Assembly: GCA_040903985.1 (NCBI GenBank)
Contig: JBBDUI010000002.1
Span: 518,038-582,037 of the forward strand
Source: Candidatus Saccharimonadales bacterium
GTDB taxonomy: Bacteria; Patescibacteriota; Saccharimonadia; QS-5-54-17
Direction: 5' to 3'
Length of the DNA stretch: 64,000 nt
How positions within the stretch are numbered: position 1 is the stretch's first letter; every line of letters starts with the position of its first letter. Made by a program: the position numbers and the translations under genes. Below the pieces are notes generated by a model. That model searched no databases and was not told where the DNA came from. It saw only the letters and a program-made list of their open reading frames with translations. This document shows positions 46,496-56,563 of the stretch, piece after piece.

Positions 46496-48562
46496 GTGAA
46501 TTTAATTGACGATTTAAACCCAAACCAGCGTGCTGCGGTGGAGCACATTGACGGTCCGTTGCTAATTCTAGCCGGGGCGGGTAGTGGCAAGACTAAGACC
46601 CTGACGCACCGTATCGCTCATATGATCGAGACCAAGGCGGCTACTCAGTGGGAGATTCTAGCCGTGACCTTTACTAATAAGGCAGCGGGCGAGATGCGCG
46701 CTCGGGTAGCTGGACTCTGCAGTGAAAATCCTAACAACCGTTCATTCATGCCTTTTTTGGGTACCTTCCACAGTATCTGCGTCCGTATCCTGCGCGAAGA
46801 GGCCGAGAACATCGGTTTGGCGCGCCAGTTCGTCATCTTCGACGCCGGAGATAGTCTGCAAGCGGTGAAGCAGGCGATGCGTCAACGGCAGGTTGATGAA
46901 AAGCGGTACAACCCTCGGGCTATTCGCGGACTAATATCTTCGGCCAAGAATGAGCTAGTAGATAGCGAACAGTACAAGGCGCTTACCTCAGGCGATCTCC
47001 AGAGCGTGGCGGCTGAGGTCTATCCTATTTATCAGCGTCTGCTCAACGAGGCTGAGGCGCTCGACTTCGATGACCTGCTAGCTCGGACGGTACGGATGTT
47101 TGAGTCTAAGCCAGAGATATTAAAACGGTGGCAGCAGAAGTTTCGCTACATTATGATCGATGAGTACCAGGACACTAATCATGCCCAGTATCGTTTCGCT
47201 AAACTTTTAGCGGACAAGCACCATAACTTATGTGTAGTGGGGGATGATTGGCAATCGATTTACTCTTGGCGCGGCGCCAATTTTCGCAACATACTTGATT
47301 TCGAGCGGGACTATCCACAGGCCAAAGTAGTTAAACTGGAGCAGAACTACCGTTCAACTCAGGCGATTCTAACCGCCGCTCAAGCTGTCATCGCTAAGAA
47401 CCAGACCCGCTCGAAGAAAGAGCTTTGGACCGAAGGTAATAGTGGGATCCCAGTCCAGGTGGAGCAGGCACCTAACGAACTGGCTGAGGCTGAAATCGTG
47501 ATGCGCTATGCTAAATCGACCACCCGTCCTTTATCCGATATCGCCGTTTTGTATCGCACTAATGCTCAGTCGCGTGCGTTAGAGGAGGTCTGTATTCGCT
47601 ACGGTGTACCATACCAGATCGTCGGTGGCGTCCGCTTCTATGAACGGAGAGAGATTAAGGACATCTTGGCTTATTTGCGACTGATTTATCAGCCGAACGA
47701 TCGGGTCAGTTTCGAACGTGTGATTAATCTGCCGCCTCGCGGTATCGGTGCTCGCAGTCTGGAGCAGTTCTTTGCCTGGCAGAGTGAGCAGGGCTTCCCA
47801 CTTCAGGTGGCTCTCAGCCGGATCGATGAGTGTGAGGTCCTGACCGCGCGTGCCGCTAACGCTTTCGCTAAATTCCGCGATTTATTGGAGGTGGTACGGG
47901 CGACTGAGCTAGTTCCGGCCGAGCTAATCGAGCTGGTATTAAATAAGAGTGGTTACATCGACTATATAAATGACGATACTATTCAAGCCGCTGAACGAAT
48001 CGAAAACGTGCAAGAGCTAGTCAGTGTGGCCCGTGAATTTCCCGATCTCGATCATTTCCTAGAGGAGGTGGCCTTAATCGCCGACATCGATGGCCTTGAT
48101 GATGAGCGGAGCGGTATTACCCTGATGACTCTGCACGCTGCTAAGGGCCTAGAATTCCCTGTCGTCTTCATCGTCGGTCTAGAGGAGGGTGTTTTTCCGC
48201 ATTCTCGTAGCATCTTCGATGCCGAGCAGATGGAGGAGGAGCGTCGTCTGATGTATGTCGGTATGACCAGGGCGATGGAGGAACTACATTTGCTGCATTC
48301 ACGTACGCGGATGCTGTTCGGTCAGACCAGTAGCAACCCCCCAGCTCGTTTCTTAGCTGAGATCGATGCAGAAAACGTAGTTCATGATGCAGCTCCTAAG
48401 ATGAGTAGTGCCGATATCGATGTCGATGTCGGCGTTCGTCATCCGGTATTCGGCGAGGGCCTAGTGGTGGCAATCGAGGGCGACGAAGTTATAGTGGCTT
48501 TCGCGCGCATTGGGAATAAGAAGTTATCACTGACTTACGCTCCACTCGAAAAGTTAGAGTAG
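46496..48562 (+). CDS. pcrA: UvrD/PcrA DNA helicase
   Basis: AGAGSGKT, TFTNKAA, DEYQDTN, QNYRST, TLHAAKGLEF, EERRLMYVGMTRA. Confidence 0.95.
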   Translation: MNLIDDLNPNQRAAVEHIDGPLLILAGAGSGKTKTLTHRIAHMIETKAATQWEILAVTFTNKAAGEMRARVAGLCSENPNNRSFMPFLGTFHSICVRILREEAENIGLARQFVIFDAGDSLQAVKQAMRQRQVDEKRYNPRAIRGLISSAKNELVDSEQYKALTSGDLQSVAAEVYPIYQRLLNEAEALDFDDLLARTVRMFESKPEILKRWQQKFRYIMIDEYQDTNHAQYRFAKLLADKHHNLCVVGDDWQSIYSWRGANFRNILDFERDYPQAKVVKLEQNYRSTQAILTAAQAVIAKNQTRSKKELWTEGNSGIPVQVEQAPNELAEAEIVMRYAKSTTRPLSDIAVLYRTNAQSRALEEVCIRYGVPYQIVGGVRFYERREIKDILAYLRLIYQPNDRVSFERVINLPPRGIGARSLEQFFAWQSEQGFPLQVALSRIDECEVLTARAANAFAKFRDLLEVVRATELVPAELIELVLNKSGYIDYINDDTIQAAERIENVQELVSVAREFPDLDHFLEEVALIADIDGLDDERSGITLMTLHAAKGLEFPVVFIVGLEEGVFPHSRSIFDAEQMEEERRLMYVGMTRAMEELHLLHSRTRMLFGQTSSNPPARFLAEIDAENVVHDAAPKMSSADIDVDVGVRHPVFGEGLVVAIEGDEVIVAFARIGNKKLSLTYAPLEKLE

Positions 48563-48997
48563 ATGGGGGTCTATCATCGGCTAGTACGGATCGGTTTTTT
48601 GCTACATAATTTTTTGCGGCGACCTCAGTTGTATCGAGTCCGATGCGCTATTTTCTACCAAGGCGAGATATTGCTAGTACGCCATGTGGGTGGGGCTAAC
48701 GAATGGTCTCTACCTGGTGGTGGTATCCACCGGAATGAAACTCCAATCATCGCGGCCGAACGGGAAGTATGGGAGGAACTAAAGCTGACGGTGTCTAATT
48801 TGCGTGAACTAGAGCACATGCGCGTTACCCACAAGTATGTTACGACCGATAACGTCCTAGTTCGTGGCGAGGCTACTATGCGGAAGCTGAGGCGGCGTAA
48901 GTGGGAGCTGCAAGCGGCGGAATGGTTTACCTTGGACGATCTGCCAACGCCACTTTCTCCCACTGCTAAGCGCGTGATCGACATCACAAAAAGTTAA
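48563..48997 (+). CDS. NUDIX hydrolase
   Basis: WSLPGGGIHRNETPIIAAEREVWEEL. Confidence 0.85.
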   Translation: MGVYHRLVRIGFLLHNFLRRPQLYRVRCAIFYQGEILLVRHVGGANEWSLPGGGIHRNETPIIAAEREVWEELKLTVSNLRELEHMRVTHKYVTTDNVLVRGEATMRKLRRRKWELQAAEWFTLDDLPTPLSPTAKRVIDITKS

Positions 48998-49111
48998 GTT
49001 GCATTCGACCCTACACCCCTGTAAAATTAAGCTTGACTTAACGTCAGTACTTGCTAGAATTAGTCCTGTTTGTTTATTCATGTGAGGTGGGTAAATAGCA
49101 TATAGTAAGGG

Positions 49112-50356
49112 GTGGAGCCCCAGGAGAAATTTATTTTAAGGCGACACTATACTAAGGTGATTGATAAGTATCACATTAGTAAATTTGAGCTTAAGCTAGC
49201 TGTAAGTACAGTCGGCGTTCTGCTACTAATTGTTGCAGGATTAATGCCAGGTCAGATCAATGCCGGCACTAACTCAGTAGTAAGTATTTATGTAGATAAT
49301 GAGAAACAAGTGGTCCGTACCGATGCTGAGACTGTTGGCGAGGCACTAGAACGGGCCGAGATTAAAGTTGATGAGCACGACTTGGTAGAGCCGAGCCCGA
49401 CGGCTGAGATTACCAACCAGGTCTTTAATATCAACGTCTACCGGGCTGTACCAGTCCTGCTGGTAGATGGGGAGAACCAACACCGTATCGAGAGTGCCTA
49501 TGGTAGTCCCCGTTTGATGGCAGAGAATTCCGGAGTAGTAGATTTATATGAAGAAGACCGGGTGGAAGCGGAGTTGATTCAGGATTTTCTCAGTGAAGGT
49601 CATGTCGGGTATAAGGTTACGATTGATCGGGCCGTGCCATTCAGTCTGCAAATTGGGGATAAGACTACTACTATGCGTACCCACGGGGCAACCGTCGGAG
49701 AGATGTTCGCGGAGGCAGGAATTGAGATTAGCGAACATGACATAGTGCAACCAAAGCTAGAGACTGCGATTACCGCCGGTATGGAGGTTGCTCTAACTCA
49801 GGTGGGGTTTGAGACTGTCACAGAGGAAATCGAAGTCGCCCCGGAGACTAAGACCGTAAGAGATAACAACCGACCGTTGGGCTATGAAAAAATCGAAGAA
49901 GAAGGTAGGTTAGGCGTGGCACTCGCCACCTACCGGATAGAACTGCGTAATGGCAAAGAGGTAGGTCGTGAGGAGATCCGTCGAGTTGTCGAGCGTGATG
50001 CTGAACCGCGAGTTGTGGTTGTGGGTAATAAGCTTAACTATAGTGCGAGCGAGAACCGTGAGATAGGTAGACTGATGGCGGCTGAGCGGGGGTGGACCGG
50101 TTCGCAGTGGACTTGCTTAGACACGTTATGGGGAGGTGAATCTGAGTGGAGACATACGGTTTCTAACTATCAAGGTTCGGGCGCCTATGGTATCGCCCAA
50201 GCTCTACCGGGTAGTAAGATGGCATCCCATGGTAGCGACTGGGCCACTAACCCTAGAACTCAAATTGCGTGGGGTCTCGATTATATTACTAATCGGTATA
50301 CCAATCCGTGTGGCGCTTACAACTTTTGGCTAAGCAAAAGCCCGCACTGGTACTAG
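49112..50356 (+). CDS. DUF348/G5-domain cell-wall lytic transglycosylase (RpfB/YabE-like architecture)
   Basis: TM helix, ubiquitin-like repeats (TVGEAL, TVGEMF), G5 segment, C-terminal ESEW…SGAYGIAQALP…NPRTQIAWGLDYI. Confidence 0.82.
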   Translation: MEPQEKFILRRHYTKVIDKYHISKFELKLAVSTVGVLLLIVAGLMPGQINAGTNSVVSIYVDNEKQVVRTDAETVGEALERAEIKVDEHDLVEPSPTAEITNQVFNINVYRAVPVLLVDGENQHRIESAYGSPRLMAENSGVVDLYEEDRVEAELIQDFLSEGHVGYKVTIDRAVPFSLQIGDKTTTMRTHGATVGEMFAEAGIEISEHDIVQPKLETAITAGMEVALTQVGFETVTEEIEVAPETKTVRDNNRPLGYEKIEEEGRLGVALATYRIELRNGKEVGREEIRRVVERDAEPRVVVVGNKLNYSASENREIGRLMAAERGWTGSQWTCLDTLWGGESEWRHTVSNYQGSGAYGIAQALPGSKMASHGSDWATNPRTQIAWGLDYITNRYTNPCGAYNFWLSKSPHWY

Positions 50357-50482
50357 TAAGTTAGGCCGATATATAAGGACCTCTTCGGGTATCTCCTCTA
50401 CTATTCCGACTCAGAGATTACAATTAGAGAACCGAACTACTTAGACGCCCCTGATTGTGTTGACCATGCTAAGATAAACACT

Positions 50483-50914
50483 ATGAAACACTATAAATCT
50501 GGTGACAGTTGGACTCTAATCTTTAATAAGGGCGAGCCATTCATCGCCACTATGACTGAATTTTGTCATAAGCAGCGAATTAAGGCGGGCTTCTTCCACG
50601 GCCTAGGTGGTGTCTTAAGTGCAGAAATCGGCTACTACCATCTCGATCGTAAGGAGTACGAATTTCGTAAACTGGATGAGGTGCTAGAAATAGCTAGTCT
50701 GCACGGCAGTGTAGCGCTAAAAGATGATGAACTGTTCATCCATGCTCACGGGGTGTTTAGTGACACTGATTTATGCACTTATGGGGGACACATCAGAGAG
50801 ATGGTTGTAGGTGGCACCCTCGAGCTACAACTGCAGTCCTTGGAAGGAAGTTGGGCCAGACAGCTAGATGAAGATACGGGACTGAGCCTAATTAATTTCG
50901 ATGAATCCGCCTAA
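50483..50914 (+). CDS. DUF296 (PPC-domain) protein
   Basis: EIASLHGSV, FIHAHG, YGGHI. Confidence 0.85.
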   Translation: MKHYKSGDSWTLIFNKGEPFIATMTEFCHKQRIKAGFFHGLGGVLSAEIGYYHLDRKEYEFRKLDEVLEIASLHGSVALKDDELFIHAHGVFSDTDLCTYGGHIREMVVGGTLELQLQSLEGSWARQLDEDTGLSLINFDESA

Positions 50915-51683
50915 GAAATCTCTCGGACAGCACTGGTTGTTTGATGATGCAGCGCTAGACGCAGTGGTAGCAGCAGGGGAGGTTACGGCTCAAGATACGG
51001 TGCTAGAGATTGGCCCTGGGCTCGGCACTTTAACGGCTAAATTGGTGAGTCAGGCCGCTGGAGTAGTAGCGGTCGAGACGGATCGAGAGTTAGCGGCTGG
51101 ACTGGCTGCGCGGGTCCCGGCTACCAACCTAGAGGTCGTTAGAGCAGATATTCTGCAGTTTGATTTGACCCAGCTACCAACTGGTTATAAAGCAGTGGCT
51201 AACATCCCGTATTATCTAACCTCTAAAATATTGCAGTACCTAATTGAGGCCGATAACTCCCCTACGCTACTAGCTTTACTGATGCAGAAAGAGGTGGCCG
51301 AGCGTGTAACCGCTAGCCCGGGGGCGATGTCGGTTTTAGCCTTTAGTGTGCAGTACTACGGTGTCGCAACTATCATGGGGGAGATACCGAAAGAGCTATT
51401 CGAGCCAGTGCCAAAAGTCGACTCGGCCATCCTTCAGGTGAAGCCTTATCCTGAACCATACTTTCCGGCCGAACGGAAAATACTTTTTCGTCTGGTCAAA
51501 GCTGGCTTCGGGGAACGGCGGAAAAAACTCATTAACTCTCTGGCCGGTGGACTACAGATTAGTAAAGCGGCTAGTCTAGAACTGGTAGAATCGGCCGGCT
51601 TACCAGTGACCGTTCGTGCTCAGGAGCTCTCATTGGGCGATTGGGGACGGTTGTATCACTCCTACATCACTTACCTGCGCTAA
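50901..51683 (+). CDS. rsmA: 16S rRNA dimethyladenosine transferase
   Basis: KKSLGQHWL, LEIGPGLG, ANIPYY, QKEVAER, PKVDSA. Confidence 0.95.
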   Translation: MNPPKKSLGQHWLFDDAALDAVVAAGEVTAQDTVLEIGPGLGTLTAKLVSQAAGVVAVETDRELAAGLAARVPATNLEVVRADILQFDLTQLPTGYKAVANIPYYLTSKILQYLIEADNSPTLLALLMQKEVAERVTASPGAMSVLAFSVQYYGVATIMGEIPKELFEPVPKVDSAILQVKPYPEPYFPAERKILFRLVKAGFGERRKKLINSLAGGLQISKAASLELVESAGLPVTVRAQELSLGDWGRLYHSYITYLR

Positions 51684-51745
51684 CTGTCCTTAGCATCACT
51701 CTAGACTTTTAAACCACAAGCATAGTGGCGTATTATCTATATAAG

Positions 51746-53536
51746 ATGAAAATAAAACTTACAGCCCTAATCGGTGCACTCGTGTTTATTGTCGGGCTAG
51801 CCGCGCCAGTTACAGTCGTGGCGGCTAGTGAGGATTTCGATTTTAGTATAAATCATCAGTTTGAGGTGAGTGATAGTACTGTCGGCGTGCGCCATGATAT
51901 CGAGGTTAACAATAAGAGCCAGACTGGTCTAGAGACTGTTGAGTTCGCTCTACCGGTCGGGGTGGCTAGTGACATCACGGTACGCTATGGCGACGGAGCT
52001 AATATACCGTTCAGTTCGGTACTAAAGAGCTCCAGCTCCGGCGGTGTCGAGTTTGAACACACCAGCCTAGTGTTAGATTTCCCTCGGACTAATGATGGTC
52101 TGAATAAAAGTTGGAATTTCACGGTGGCCTATAGCACCAGCGAAGGCCGGCACATCAACGGCGAGAGCCGCGTCCTACTTTGGCCGTTTCTCGATGGACG
52201 ATTGCAGGCGGAATGGAGCGCTACCGTGGATGTGCCCCAGGAGTGGCCGTTACTCAACTACCAGCCGGAGCTGGATATAACTACGGTGGGCTCAGACACC
52301 CAGTTTCGCTTTAACGGTAGCGACTACCCCGGGGATGTACTAGGGCTGTCGTTCGGAGCGGATATGCTACATACGCTCAGCTACTCCCAGCGTCTAAGCA
52401 ACCGCTCACTGCTACCGCGTGTAATGTCTGTGATATTGCCACTTGATCTGCATAGCCAGTCAGTGCAGCTGGAGGATCTGAGCCCGCGCCCGAACCGGAT
52501 GCGGGTTGATGGGGACGGAAATGTTATCGCTTACTATCGGCTCTGGCCTTTTCAGTCAAAGACGGTCTCCTATAGCGCTCAAGTCAGCTCCCGTCAGCTT
52601 CGCTACGACACTACTAAGGCCGGTGACATCACGACTACTCCAGATGATCTTAGAGACTATACGCTAGGGGGTAAGTACTGGTCGACTCAGGGTACGGCCG
52701 GTGAGCAGGCGACTCAGCTTATCGATACTGAGACTAATGCCTGGAATAATATTCTGCGCATAGTGACTTACGTGCAGGATGAAGTGCGGTATAACCCGGA
52801 GTTAACAGCACGCTTATCGGCCGACAAGGTACTGGAGGCCGGTGAGGGTAATGCCGAGAATTTAGCGGATACGTTACTGACCATGCTACGGAGCCAAGGC
52901 ATCGCCGCGCGCCTAATCTATGGCCCGGTCTTGCCTAGTACGGGCCTAAGTGATGAAGCTAAATTTCATACCTGGGTCGAGGCTTATGTGCCCGAAGCTG
53001 GTTGGGTGCACTTGGATCCGATCTGGGCGCGACTGTTTGGCAGCAGCGGCTCCATCAGCTCTGATCGGATCGGTTTTTTGAGTGTAAGCCATGACGATCA
53101 ATCTGGGCTGTATCACTCACTGGCGGATACGATTCGGATAGCTCCGGCCGAAACGGCGCTGGAGGAAACAGCTCCGGCCGATTTACTCGACTTATCTGCG
53201 GAGCGCTATGTGGTCTTACCGGGATTAATGTTCGATACCCAAAGAGTCGAGAATAGGAGCGGTCGGATAGTCGACGACGTGACGCTAGAAGATACCGCAC
53301 TTGGTTCCCTAGCTCCGCTTCAGAGCTTGAGTGTACGTAGCTGGCAGCTGGGCGGCTGGAGTCCGCAGACGATAACCGCTACGGTTGGAGAGCTGGAGTT
53401 TAGCTCGCAAGCAGGCGTCAACTGGTGGCCCTTTGGTGTCCTCTGCCTCACAGCCATACTAGCTGCTGCCGTTTGGTATCACTTATTACGGCGTAAGCAG
53501 TACTTGCATCGACGTCTGGGTCACCATAGTTTCTAG
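51746..53536 (+). CDS. membrane-anchored transglutaminase-like protein
   Basis: Signal peptide, LRSQGIAARLIYG, HTWVEAY…GWVHLDP, C-terminal TM; start 51725 or 51746. Confidence 0.78.
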   Translation: MKIKLTALIGALVFIVGLAAPVTVVAASEDFDFSINHQFEVSDSTVGVRHDIEVNNKSQTGLETVEFALPVGVASDITVRYGDGANIPFSSVLKSSSSGGVEFEHTSLVLDFPRTNDGLNKSWNFTVAYSTSEGRHINGESRVLLWPFLDGRLQAEWSATVDVPQEWPLLNYQPELDITTVGSDTQFRFNGSDYPGDVLGLSFGADMLHTLSYSQRLSNRSLLPRVMSVILPLDLHSQSVQLEDLSPRPNRMRVDGDGNVIAYYRLWPFQSKTVSYSAQVSSRQLRYDTTKAGDITTTPDDLRDYTLGGKYWSTQGTAGEQATQLIDTETNAWNNILRIVTYVQDEVRYNPELTARLSADKVLEAGEGNAENLADTLLTMLRSQGIAARLIYGPVLPSTGLSDEAKFHTWVEAYVPEAGWVHLDPIWARLFGSSGSISSDRIGFLSVSHDDQSGLYHSLADTIRIAPAETALEETAPADLLDLSAERYVVLPGLMFDTQRVENRSGRIVDDVTLEDTALGSLAPLQSLSVRSWQLGGWSPQTITATVGELEFSSQAGVNWWPFGVLCLTAILAAAVWYHLLRRKQYLHRRLGHHSF

Positions 53537-53628
53537 GCCGATCTTTGCCAGTAGGGTGGTCTGAAGTATATTATGGTGGTTGTACGCTTGGTACGTGACA
53601 GAGTGAAGATTAAATAGTTTAGGTTAGA

Positions 53629-55071
53629 ATGGCAAAGTTTTACGTTAGCACCCCAATTTATTACATCAACGCTCCGGCCCATATCGGGAACGCCTATACT
53701 ACCGTAGCGGCCGATGTACTGGCTCGCTACTATCGGCAGCAGAATGACGAGGTGTTTTTCAGCGTCGGTACCGATGAGAATAGTCAGAAAACAGTAAAGG
53801 CAGCCGAGCAGCAGGGTCTACCGGTGGGCGAGTATGCGGATGCGCTAGCCGCTCAGTGGAAACTGGTCTGGGATCGGCTGAATATCAGCTACGATCGATT
53901 CGTCCGCACCACGGAGCAGGATCATCAAACGGCTGTTTATGCTATGTTCGAGCGCTTGCAAGCTAGTGGCGACATCTACAAAGATACTTATCGTGGCTTG
54001 TATTGTGAGGGTTGCGAGGGCTTCGTACGTCCCGGCGATTTAAAGAATGGACTTTGCCCGGACCATCAGGTCGCCCCGCAGGAGATCGAAGAAGAAAACT
54101 ATTTCTTTAAACTCAGCCGTTACCAGCAAGCACTGCTTGATCACATCACTGCTAATCCGGAGTTCATCCAACCTGAGAGCCGGCGTAACGAAGTAGTCGC
54201 CTTTATCACGCGCGGGCTGGATGATTTTAGTATCAGTCGCGAGGGCAAGGAATGGGGTATCCCGTACCCCGGTGATCCAGCACATAAGATCTATGTCTGG
54301 GTCGAAGCCTTGATGAACTATCTGACTGTTACCGGTTATCCAGCGGCAGGTTATGAGTCCATCTGGCCGGCCGATGTGCACCTAGTCGGGAAGGATATCA
54401 TTAAGTTTCACTGTGTTTACTGGCCGGCTTTACTAATGAGTGCTGAGCTGCCTCTGCCTCGAACTGTGATGGCTAATGGATTTCTCAACATAGGTGGGAC
54501 GAAGATCTCTAAGTCGCTCGGGAATGCTATCGATCCGTTGCAGCTAGTAGAGACCTATGGGGTGGATGCACTGCGCTATATTTTGCTGCGTTCCACACCG
54601 TTCGGTCAAGATGGAGACTTCACTATGGAGCGTTTTGAGGCCGTTTATAACAGTGACCTAGCTAATGATCTCGGTAATCTAGTCAGTCGTGTGGCAGCTA
54701 TGATTACTAAATATCAAGAGGGTACAATCGGTCCGGCGGCCGATCCAGCTCACGATACCAGCCCCTATCATAGCGCTATAAAAAACTTCCGTTTCGACCT
54801 GGCACTGGAGCAGGTAGCTAACTTCACTAAGGACCTCAACCTCTATATCGAAGAAGAAAAGCCGTGGCAGGTTGCCCGTGAGGACCCGGAGCATCTGCAA
54901 GAGATACTAGCCTACCTCGCTAGCAATCTAGTGCGTGTGGGGCAGATGTTGCAGCCATTCATGCCGGAAACCGGAGAGAAAATCGCTACTATGTTTGGCG
55001 GTACTCAGTTAATCCCGATCGAGGGGACTCTCTTTCCTAAGTCTGAATCACACCCTACCGATACTGAGTAG
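53629..55071 (+). CDS. metG: methionine--tRNA ligase (short form)
   Basis: TPIYY, HIGN, GTDEN, CEGCE, GKDIIKFH, KISKSLGN. Confidence 0.96.
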   Translation: MAKFYVSTPIYYINAPAHIGNAYTTVAADVLARYYRQQNDEVFFSVGTDENSQKTVKAAEQQGLPVGEYADALAAQWKLVWDRLNISYDRFVRTTEQDHQTAVYAMFERLQASGDIYKDTYRGLYCEGCEGFVRPGDLKNGLCPDHQVAPQEIEEENYFFKLSRYQQALLDHITANPEFIQPESRRNEVVAFITRGLDDFSISREGKEWGIPYPGDPAHKIYVWVEALMNYLTVTGYPAAGYESIWPADVHLVGKDIIKFHCVYWPALLMSAELPLPRTVMANGFLNIGGTKISKSLGNAIDPLQLVETYGVDALRYILLRSTPFGQDGDFTMERFEAVYNSDLANDLGNLVSRVAAMITKYQEGTIGPAADPAHDTSPYHSAIKNFRFDLALEQVANFTKDLNLYIEEEKPWQVAREDPEHLQEILAYLASNLVRVGQMLQPFMPETGEKIATMFGGTQLIPIEGTLFPKSESHPTDTE

Positions 55072-55890
55072 GTGAGTATGGCGGTTGAGCAGCATACCCT
55101 AATCGACACCCATACCCATCCGCACATGGCCGGCTATAAATTGCCGCCATCGGAGTTTTGGCAGTTAACTGAAGCGGCAGGAGTGGAGCAGGTCATCTGT
55201 GTTGGCACCGATGCGGCCGATTCTCAGCGGGCGATCGAGTTCACCCGGCAGTATAGGTCAGCCCGAGCTAGTGTCGGCCTGCATCCACATGAGGCTAGCA
55301 GGTGGGAAGAACAGCGCTCACCCCTAGCGGAGTTAGCTGCTAGCCCAGAGGTAGTGGCGATTGGGGAGTGTGGGCTGGACTACTACTATGCCCACTCGAC
55401 GGTTGCTGAGCAGCAGGTGGCACTACAGGGACAGTTGGAGCTAGCCTATAAACACGATCTGCCCCTGATATTTCATGTACGCCGTAGTAGCGATCAGGCC
55501 GCCGCGTCAGATGCCTTCACCGATCTGTTTGAGCTAATCGACGAGTACGCCGATCGAGCAGGTCGTATCCGAGGTGTGGTGCACTCATTTACGGCCGAAC
55601 CGGCCACGCTCAAGGCGTGCGTAGATCGTGGGCTGTATATCGGGCTTAACGGCATCATGACTTTTACTCGCGACGCGCCCCAATTAGCCGCCGCCAAGGC
55701 AGTACCACTGGCTAATTTAGTGTTGGAAACAGATGCTCCATTCTTGACTCCTGACCCCTATCGTGGTACGGTAAATCATTCTGGACACGTGAGGACAGTG
55801 GCCGAATTTTTAAGCCAACTACGTGGCGAGCCGCTAGTTGATGTAGCTAGCGCAACTACCAAGAATGCTAAGGAGCTTTTCAGATTATGA
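55072..55890 (+). CDS. tatD: TatD-family nuclease
   Basis: DTHTH, GLHPH, IGECGLDY, HSFT, LETDAPFL; follows metG. Confidence 0.92.
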   Translation: MSMAVEQHTLIDTHTHPHMAGYKLPPSEFWQLTEAAGVEQVICVGTDAADSQRAIEFTRQYRSARASVGLHPHEASRWEEQRSPLAELAASPEVVAIGECGLDYYYAHSTVAEQQVALQGQLELAYKHDLPLIFHVRRSSDQAAASDAFTDLFELIDEYADRAGRIRGVVHSFTAEPATLKACVDRGLYIGLNGIMTFTRDAPQLAAAKAVPLANLVLETDAPFLTPDPYRGTVNHSGHVRTVAEFLSQLRGEPLVDVASATTKNAKELFRL

Positions 55891-56555
55891 TCGACCCAGG
55901 TACATTTCAGATACCAAATCAGTCACAGCCTCGGCCTGAGGCTGCGACTGCTGCCAGCTTAGAAAATGATTATGCCGCTGCCTTATCAATAGAGGATGTG
56001 AAACGGGGCATAGGTGCAGCTGAGATTTATGCCAACCAAGCCAGTGTGGGGCCGATGCAGGCCGCTCGGGCTGAAGCTAAGCCAGAAGCCAGTACTACGA
56101 GTGAGACCATACAGCTGATTAATAACATCGGTGAGTGTGGAGATTGGGTAGCTTACCAGCGGGAGCAGTACCTGCAGAGCGTTAATCCGGTTCGAGGCGT
56201 TTGGCAGTGGTTGGGTGGTGTCCCGACTGACCTACCTAGTCTGATGCGTCAAGAGGCTAAGCTTAGCAGCCAGTTGTTTGCCGATCGGCGCAGCACATTG
56301 TTTCTCTATGATCGAGCTGGTGCCGGTCATGCCGAATGGGTCTTGCAGGTGGCCGCTCAAAGTCCGAATCAGTTACCGACTACCGTTTACTACGAGGTTA
56401 ATTCCGGGGCTAACGCTGCCGAGGTTCGTCTACTGGCTAAGTGGCCAGAGTCAGAGCACCGTCACGCTACAGCCGAAGAGGTAGTGCGCCTAAATCTAGC
56501 TGCTGCCGCTTACTATAAATTGGTGACCAGTCGAATTTATAACAGCACTAACTAG
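55887..56555 (+). CDS. hypothetical protein
   Basis: ATGA overlap with tatD; no motif recognised. Confidence 0.6.
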   Translation: MIDPGTFQIPNQSQPRPEAATAASLENDYAAALSIEDVKRGIGAAEIYANQASVGPMQAARAEAKPEASTTSETIQLINNIGECGDWVAYQREQYLQSVNPVRGVWQWLGGVPTDLPSLMRQEAKLSSQLFADRRSTLFLYDRAGAGHAEWVLQVAAQSPNQLPTTVYYEVNSGANAAEVRLLAKWPESEHRHATAEEVVRLNLAAAAYYKLVTSRIYNSTN

Positions 56556-56563
56556 GGACATCG

